A DNA stretch of 63,268 bases, taken from an uncultured Clostridia bacterium (lineage in GTDB: Bacteria > Bacillota > Clostridia > Christensenellales > UBA1242). How positions within the stretch are numbered: the stretch's first letter is position 1; each line of letters starts with the position of its first letter. The stretch is from NCBI GenBank assembly GCA_947624105.1, contig CANQIX010000002.1:1-63268 (forward strand), read 5' to 3'. The notes below the pieces were generated by a model. That model ran no database searches, was not told where the DNA came from, and saw only the letters and a list, made by a program, of their open reading frames with translations. The translations under genes were made by a program, and so were the position numbers. Shown here piece after piece: positions 57,771 through 63,268 of the stretch.

Positions 57771-58171
57771 CAAAGTTTAAGTGGTTTCAACTTATTTCAA
57801 TTTTAGTCTTACTTGGCGTGCTTGTATATGTTGTTGTGATCGAAGATGTTTTGGTGAAAGAAAGTTTAGACAGCGTTTCAAAATACTGTCTTCAAATTGA
57901 GGCGACCTATGCGCAGATGGGTGGCATAAAAAACAGTGAAATCGTCCGCCTTACAGACAACCTTGAGTATAGTTGGTTAAAAAACGAAGAAAGGTTGTGC
58001 TTTTTAGTAAATCACAAGTCGATTCAAGAGATAGGCGTGGAAATTTCTAGGCTAAGAAGTTACCTTGAAAAAGATGACGACAAAGAGTTTTGCGCCTCGC
58101 TAAATTTGGTGCAACTTTATGCAGAACAATACAATCACTTTATGGGCGCAAGTATTCATAATGTGCTTTAA
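57767..58171 (+). CDS. DUF4363-like small membrane protein
   Basis: 134 aa with an N-terminal TM segment. It overlaps the DUF421 gene by 4 nt, an arrangement common for DUF421/DUF4363 pairs. Confidence 0.55.
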   Translation: MTKFKWFQLISILVLLGVLVYVVVIEDVLVKESLDSVSKYCLQIEATYAQMGGIKNSEIVRLTDNLEYSWLKNEERLCFLVNHKSIQEIGVEISRLRSYLEKDDDKEFCASLNLVQLYAEQYNHFMGASIHNVL

Positions 58172-58209
58172 AAAATGCTAAGAAAATTATCTCTTAGCAT
58201 TTTATTTTT
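58171..58209. terminator. Bidirectional terminator
   Basis: 10-bp hairpin aatgctaaga-aaattatc-tcttagcatt flanked by A and T runs. Confidence 0.8.
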
Positions 58210-58220
58210 ATTATATATTG

Positions 58221-59348
58221 TTAATTTTTCTTCTTTTTCTTCTTAACCACAAAGATTAAAATGAAGATACTGATTGCGCCGATAAGCAGAATCAAAAGCA
58301 AAATCCACAGCCACGTCCAGTCAAAACTAGGCGATTTGATGGTGGACACCTCGCAAGTTGCGGTCATCTTTTCTGTGCCATCGGAGTTGTAGATGGTGCA
58401 GATAATGTCGAACACACCTTGAATGTTGTTGCTGTCAAATCTAAATGTCAGCCCAGAGCGGTCTTTAAAGGCGTAGGTTGGCCACAGAACCAAACTGTTT
58501 TCGTCGCTACTTGCGGCCTTGTCGGATTCGCAAAGAACATAAGTTCTGTTGTTGAGGTCGTGTCCCATAACGCTCCAAACGACACAGCCAGGGTCAAGGT
58601 AGTTAAATTCGTCGCTTACAAGTTTCATATTGTATACGTTTAAAAGTTCTTCCGAACTTGTTACCGAATCAACTTCAATTTCAAAAGTTACGGCGTCCAT
58701 ATCTTCGGCCTTATCTGGAAGAATGGCGATGTAAATCACTCCAACCGATTTTGTAAATGGGCCTTGTGGAACTTGTTCGACAGAATCTTGATCGGTGAAA
58801 GTGTAAATATATTTCACTTCAAAGCGATAGATTCCAAAGCCGTATCCGTAATATCCATCACTGCTTGAATCTGCTTTTTCTGTTGGGTCGATTTTGTATG
58901 TCAAATTTATTGTGTTGCTGTTTGTGGTCGTGTAGAAAGGTGTTGAGTTTTCTGTTTGCTGCGAGCCATCACCAATTCCAACAAACGAGCAGTAGAGGGA
59001 GGTGTTTGAAACGGCGATTTTTGTTGCGTCATATCTTGGAGAGATAATAAAGTTTAAAAGTCCAATAGTTTTCCAGTCGTAAGCGTAGTAGTTATCAACT
59101 TCCTCTGAGCCATTCAAAAGTTCTGCTCCGTCAATCTTTCGGGCGCTTATCGATTGATTGGTCGTTCTGGACTTTGCCTGTATTCTCCATTCAAAGTTTG
59201 AATCGCCGTTTATCTTAATCGTCGTGTTGTTGTCTAACAGTTCGATATCTGCCGAAACTTGCGTGCTTGGCAAAAATAAAGTTATGCCAAAGGCAAGCAA
59301 GAAAATTGCTACAAAAAGTATAGGAAATAAAAACCTTTTCTTTGTCAT
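58221..59348 (-). CDS. Type I membrane / surface protein, unknown function
   Basis: The N-terminal signal-like segment is KRFLFPILFVAIFLLAFGITLFL. The C-terminal TM is WLWILLLILLIGAISIFILIFVV followed by KKKKKKN. The ectodomain is predicted to be beta-rich. Confidence 0.55.
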   Translation of the reverse strand: MTKKRFLFPILFVAIFLLAFGITLFLPSTQVSADIELLDNNTTIKINGDSNFEWRIQAKSRTTNQSISARKIDGAELLNGSEEVDNYYAYDWKTIGLLNFIISPRYDATKIAVSNTSLYCSFVGIGDGSQQTENSTPFYTTTNSNTINLTYKIDPTEKADSSSDGYYGYGFGIYRFEVKYIYTFTDQDSVEQVPQGPFTKSVGVIYIAILPDKAEDMDAVTFEIEVDSVTSSEELLNVYNMKLVSDEFNYLDPGCVVWSVMGHDLNNRTYVLCESDKAASSDENSLVLWPTYAFKDRSGLTFRFDSNNIQGVFDIICTIYNSDGTEKMTATCEVSTIKSPSFDWTWLWILLLILLIGAISIFILIFVVKKKKKKN

Positions 59349-59435
59349 ATATCGTTATTTTAGCACAAAGACGACAAAAATAAAAACAAATTACGAAAAA
59401 TTAGATTTTATTATTATTTTTTTTAATAAAGTTGT

Positions 59436-59464
59436 TTGACAATAAATTGTTTTAAAATTATAAT
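59436..59464 (+). promoter_or_regulatory. Perfect consensus sigma-A promoter
   Basis: TTGACA at 59436-59441, a 17-nt spacer, then TATAAT at 59459-59464. The ORF ATG at 59471 sits at the expected +1. Confidence 0.6.
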
Positions 59465-59470
59465 TAAAAT

Positions 59471-60286
59471 ATGGAAATTGATGTATTAGAGCCTGAAAAA
59501 ATGGCGGAAAATGATTTAGACAGTGCACTTGCAAATACAACCGAAACAGAAACTCTTGCAGATGGATTTGAATGGATTAAAAAAGAGGTGCTTGTTTTGA
59601 TTGTTAAGGCAGGCAAGTATGCAAATTTTGACCTATGTGGCAAAAAGATGGTTGACTATGTTTCGATGGCAACTTCTATATGCACGCAAGTTGTTCTTGA
59701 AAGGGAAGAAGAAATTGAAGGGGCGCTTTTAAAACTTGGCAAAGACTATAACTTTGTTGCAGTGCTTTACAGCGACACACCTCTTCTTCAAAAGGCAACT
59801 TTCTATGAGATAATGAAGTATTGTTCTTGGAAGAAGATGAAATATCTTCCACTAAAACGCGGATTTGTGATAAGTGGCGACTATGTTGAAAACTATCGCG
59901 ACGTTATGGTGAATGTTCCTATGGAATTTGGAACTGACGACTTTACCATTATCGACAACGCAAGTATGATTTCGGTTGCTTTCAAAAAGTTGAATCGCAG
60001 AATAATAAACTTCCACAAATCGCAAGGCGTTGTTTTGATTGGCGAGGAAACAATTTTTATCGATGCCGATGTTGAGATTGGCGAGGGAACGGTTATCTAT
60101 CCAAACAATGTTTTAAAGGGCGAAAGTTACATTGGAAAAAACGTAACGATTGAAAGCGGAAACTACATCGCCGACACCATTGTGCTTGACAATTCAATGA
60201 TAGTGCAAAGTTATCTTGAAAAGAGCAAGATTTCGGAAAACAAGGTGGTAGGACCTTTCCAAAAACTTATAAACGAAATGCTGTAA
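59471..60286 (+). CDS. Divergent, truncated GlmU-like protein (nucleotidyltransferase-like fold plus a short left-handed beta-helix)
   Basis: VLYSDTPLL and ...GVVLIGEETIFIDADVEIGEGTVIYPNNVLKGESYIGKNVTIESGNYI align with GlmU. The protein is only 271 aa and the LAAGKGTRM signature is replaced by IVKAGKYANF. It occupies the glmU position upstream of pth-mfd. Confidence 0.5.
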   Translation: MEIDVLEPEKMAENDLDSALANTTETETLADGFEWIKKEVLVLIVKAGKYANFDLCGKKMVDYVSMATSICTQVVLEREEEIEGALLKLGKDYNFVAVLYSDTPLLQKATFYEIMKYCSWKKMKYLPLKRGFVISGDYVENYRDVMVNVPMEFGTDDFTIIDNASMISVAFKKLNRRIINFHKSQGVVLIGEETIFIDADVEIGEGTVIYPNNVLKGESYIGKNVTIESGNYIADTIVLDNSMIVQSYLEKSKISENKVVGPFQKLINEML

Positions 60287-60289
60287 GGT

Positions 60290-60796
60290 GTGAATATGAA
60301 TATCGTTATTGGAATTGGCAATTATGGAAAGCAATACGAACACACAAATCACAATATGGGATTTGATGTTGTCGATGCACTTGCTAAGCGCCTAAAATTG
60401 AAGTTTGACAAAGAGGCATATAAGGGGCTTATTGCACGCGGAGAGGTTGACGGAGAGGAACTTTTGATTGTGAAGCCTCAAACGTATGTAAACAGGTCGG
60501 GCGAGTGTGTTGAACTATTGCAAAAAAAATATCCAAATGCAAGAATCCTTGTCGTTGTTGACGACTTTGACTTGCCAAGAGGGTATGTAAGATATAGAGA
60601 ACGCGGAAGCGGTGGAACTCACAACGGACTAAGAAACATTGTCGAACATATCGGGCAGGAGTTTGAACGCATAAAGATTGGAATTGGACGAGATATCTCG
60701 GTTGATGTAATCGACTTTGTGCTGTCTAAATATGATAAAGAATTTTTTGCTCCAGTCATCGAAAAAGCAGTTGATGAAGTGTTAAATAGATTATGA
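60290..60796 (+). CDS. pth: Peptidyl-tRNA hydrolase
   Basis: IVIGIGNYGKQYEHTNHNMGFDVVD, VKPQTYVNRSGE and GSGGTHNGLRNI are Pth motifs. The start is GTG 60290 or ATG 60296. Confidence 0.88.
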   Translation: MNMNIVIGIGNYGKQYEHTNHNMGFDVVDALAKRLKLKFDKEAYKGLIARGEVDGEELLIVKPQTYVNRSGECVELLQKKYPNARILVVVDDFDLPRGYVRYRERGSGGTHNGLRNIVEHIGQEFERIKIGIGRDISVDVIDFVLSKYDKEFFAPVIEKAVDEVLNRL

Positions 60797-63268
60797 TTTT
60801 TGACTATATAAAAGGCACAAACATACTTTCGCACAAGTTTGTAAGCGGAGTAACAATAGGCGAAAAGGCGGTGTTGACTGCTTCGTTAAAAAGAGCGGTC
60901 TACCTTTGTGGCGACTTTGTTACGGCAAGCAAGTTGAAATTTGCGCTAAACGCGTGCAATCTTAGGGCGGAAATTGTTGCGGTTGGAAGAGAAAATGGCG
61001 ACGAAAGAGATTCAAACCTCTTTCCTTTTTCTTATGCCATCTCGCGCTTTTTAAATGGAGAGTTGGATTACTTAATCTTTTTGCCATCTTCACTTACCAC
61101 AAAATTTGACCTTTCGGCGTTTAACGAAAAATGCCTTTTAGAAAAGGGAAAGAATTTTGACTATCAAGGCTTAATCCAAAAACTTTCGTATTTTGGCTAT
61201 GAAAGAGTGGACTACGTAAACATTGAAGGGCAGTTTGCAATTAGGGGAGATATCTTAGACATCTTTCTGTTTGGCAAAGACAGCCCTGTGCGCATCGAAT
61301 TTTTTGATGACGAAGTTGAACGCATCGTGCAGTATGAGATGTCGTCAATGAAGATGCTTGAAGAGGTAGAGAGCATCGAGATTTTGCCACTTGTCTTAAA
61401 AATCGGGCAGAATAATGTTGCGGAATTATGCGACACGGTGATTGTTGACGAGCCACTTAAGATTGAAAATGAGTGTAAAATTCTTGCAAACAGCAGAAAA
61501 GAATTGTCCTTCAACAATGACGACTTTTTTGTCGATTTTGAAACGATAGAGAAAAAGAAAAACAAAATTGTCTTTTCTAACACAACGATGCCAGGAGAAG
61601 ATAGTTATAACAATATAACTATTGGCGCGAAGAGTTATCTCACAAACTTTATGTCGCTTAGACAAGATATTGACGCCTACACCTTTGACAAAAACACCGT
61701 CTTTTTGTTCGCCGGAAAATATGAAGAGATGCTTGTCGAATTTTTGATGACAAACAAGATACCTTTTAAGAGATTAAAAGAGGGAGTTGAAATTGAACAA
61801 GGCAAGTTGTATGTAAGTGCCGACTATTTTCCTTTCTCTTTCTCCTTTTTAAACGAAAAAATTATCGCAATTGCAACAGACGACTTATATAAATCGCACA
61901 AAATTGAATTTAAGTCTTCACGATCGCAATTTTCCTATCTGCCAAAGGTGGGAGATTATGTCGTTCACTCTTTCTATGGGATTGGACTTTGCAAAGATAT
62001 TGTAAGAATGAAACTTTCTTACTTTGAAAAAGACTATTTTGTGCTTGAATATCGAAATGGCGCACTGCTATACCTTCCTACCGAGCAAGCAAACTACATT
62101 TCGGCGTATATCGGCGCGGACAATCCAAAACTCAACGCCTTAGGCGGCAAGGAGTGGCAAAACCTTAAAAACAAGGTTAAGCAAGACTTAAAAGAGATTG
62201 CAATATCGCTTGCAAAGATATATAAAGAGCGACAAATTCAAAAGGGCTTTAAGTTTGAAAGAGATGAGGAACTTGAAAAGCAGTTTGGCGATTATTTTCC
62301 TTACGAACTGACTCCAGACCAGGTGGAAGCGGTGGCGGACATCGACAAAGATATGGAAAGCGCAAAGATTATGGACAGGCTTGTTTGCGGTGATGTCGGC
62401 TTTGGAAAGACGGAAGTTGCGTTTAGGGCGTGCTTTAAGGCGGCATACAACGGAAAGCAAGTTGCCTTTTTGTGTCCTACAACGATTCTGTGCGAACAGC
62501 ACTATCGTTCTGCCAAAGAGCGCTTTGCACCATTTGGAGTGAGAATTGCAAAGTTAAACCGTTTCAACACTGATGCGGAAACCAAGGATATTTTAGAGAA
62601 ACTGAAAAAGGGCGAGATTGACATCGTTATCGGCACACATAAACTGCTTGGAAAAGAAGTTGTCTTTAAAGATATCGGGCTACTCGTTTTAGACGAAGAA
62701 CAGCGATTTGGCGTAAAGGACAAGGAAAAAATCAAGGAGATTAAGCAAAACATCGACGTTTTGACCCTTTCCGCAACACCAATTCCAAGAACGCTCCATA
62801 TGTCGCTTTCAAACATAAGAGATATAAGCGTAATTGCAACTCCACCAAAAGACAGATTGCCAATTCAAACCTATGTAACCGACTACAGCGACCAACTTCT
62901 TGTCGATGTTTCAAAGAGGGAACTTGCAAGGCACGGCAAAGTTTTGATTTTGTTTAACCGCGTGGCAGAGATAGATAGTTTTGCCTCGCGTGTTAGAGGA
63001 CTTTTGAAAGATGCCAGCGTGGGCGTTGCTCACGGGCAGATGTATGAAAAAGAACTTGCACGCGTTATTAACGACTTCTACGATGATAAATATAACGTTA
63101 TGATAAGCACCACACTTATCGAAAATGGTGTCGACCTTCCAACGCTTAACACTCTGTTTGTTGTCGACAGCGATAAACTTGGGCTTGCTCAACTCTATCA
63201 AATTCGCGGACGTATTGGGCGTAGCGACAAACTTGCCTATGCGTATTTGACGTATGACAGGGGGAAGG
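60793..63268 (+). CDS. mfd: Transcription-repair coupling factor Mfd (3' end truncated by the window edge)
   Basis: ATG 60793 overlaps the pth stop (ATGA). The frame stays open to the window end. In-frame motifs are LVCGDVGFGKTEVAFRA (62379 onward), LVLDEEQRFGV and TLSATPIPRT. Confidence 0.9.
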   Translation, partial: MIFDYIKGTNILSHKFVSGVTIGEKAVLTASLKRAVYLCGDFVTASKLKFALNACNLRAEIVAVGRENGDERDSNLFPFSYAISRFLNGELDYLIFLPSSLTTKFDLSAFNEKCLLEKGKNFDYQGLIQKLSYFGYERVDYVNIEGQFAIRGDILDIFLFGKDSPVRIEFFDDEVERIVQYEMSSMKMLEEVESIEILPLVLKIGQNNVAELCDTVIVDEPLKIENECKILANSRKELSFNNDDFFVDFETIEKKKNKIVFSNTTMPGEDSYNNITIGAKSYLTNFMSLRQDIDAYTFDKNTVFLFAGKYEEMLVEFLMTNKIPFKRLKEGVEIEQGKLYVSADYFPFSFSFLNEKIIAIATDDLYKSHKIEFKSSRSQFSYLPKVGDYVVHSFYGIGLCKDIVRMKLSYFEKDYFVLEYRNGALLYLPTEQANYISAYIGADNPKLNALGGKEWQNLKNKVKQDLKEIAISLAKIYKERQIQKGFKFERDEELEKQFGDYFPYELTPDQVEAVADIDKDMESAKIMDRLVCGDVGFGKTEVAFRACFKAAYNGKQVAFLCPTTILCEQHYRSAKERFAPFGVRIAKLNRFNTDAETKDILEKLKKGEIDIVIGTHKLLGKEVVFKDIGLLVLDEEQRFGVKDKEKIKEIKQNIDVLTLSATPIPRTLHMSLSNIRDISVIATPPKDRLPIQTYVTDYSDQLLVDVSKRELARHGKVLILFNRVAEIDSFASRVRGLLKDASVGVAHGQMYEKELARVINDFYDDKYNVMISTTLIENGVDLPTLNTLFVVDSDKLGLAQLYQIRGRIGRSDKLAYAYLTYDRGK

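Overview
A 63.3-kb chromosomal segment from a low-GC Gram-positive bacterium. The gene order sigH-rlmB-mrnC and pth-mfd, a SpoVB/MurJ-like flippase and a DUF421/DUF4363 pair suggest a Clostridia-like Firmicute, but that is inference. Most of the window is housekeeping: comEC-holA, metK behind a SAM-I riboswitch, metG, hisS, glnS, cysS, gyrB-gyrA, a HelD-like helicase, sigH, rlmB, mrnC, ychF, secA, recD2, comFC, cca, pth, mfd (3' end cut by the window) and five tRNAs. The main accessory element is a complete, compact type II-C CRISPR-Cas9 locus at about 10.1-15.5 kb. It comprises a co-oriented tracrRNA directly upstream of a 1098-aa Cas9, then cas1, cas2 and a 10-repeat, 9-spacer array. The tracrRNA anti-repeat shows the array must be read from the minus strand, antisense to the cas genes. 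Every repeat ends in a perfect extended -10 box (TGGTATAAT). The otherwise decayed terminal repeat keeps this box (TGATATAAT). Other items worth a second look:
- a 70-bp duplication of the 3' end of a GNAT gene that brackets a small promoter-plus-terminator unit just upstream of the CRISPR locus
- a DnaA-box cluster with no dnaA nearby
- a tandem pair of paralogous membrane proteins of unknown function
- an unknown two-gene cassette next to a tRNA cluster
- a truncated GlmU-like protein with an apparently leaderless promoter
- a 59-aa LysM ORF below the ORF-track cutoff
All calls come from reading the sequence and ORF translations; no database search was run.
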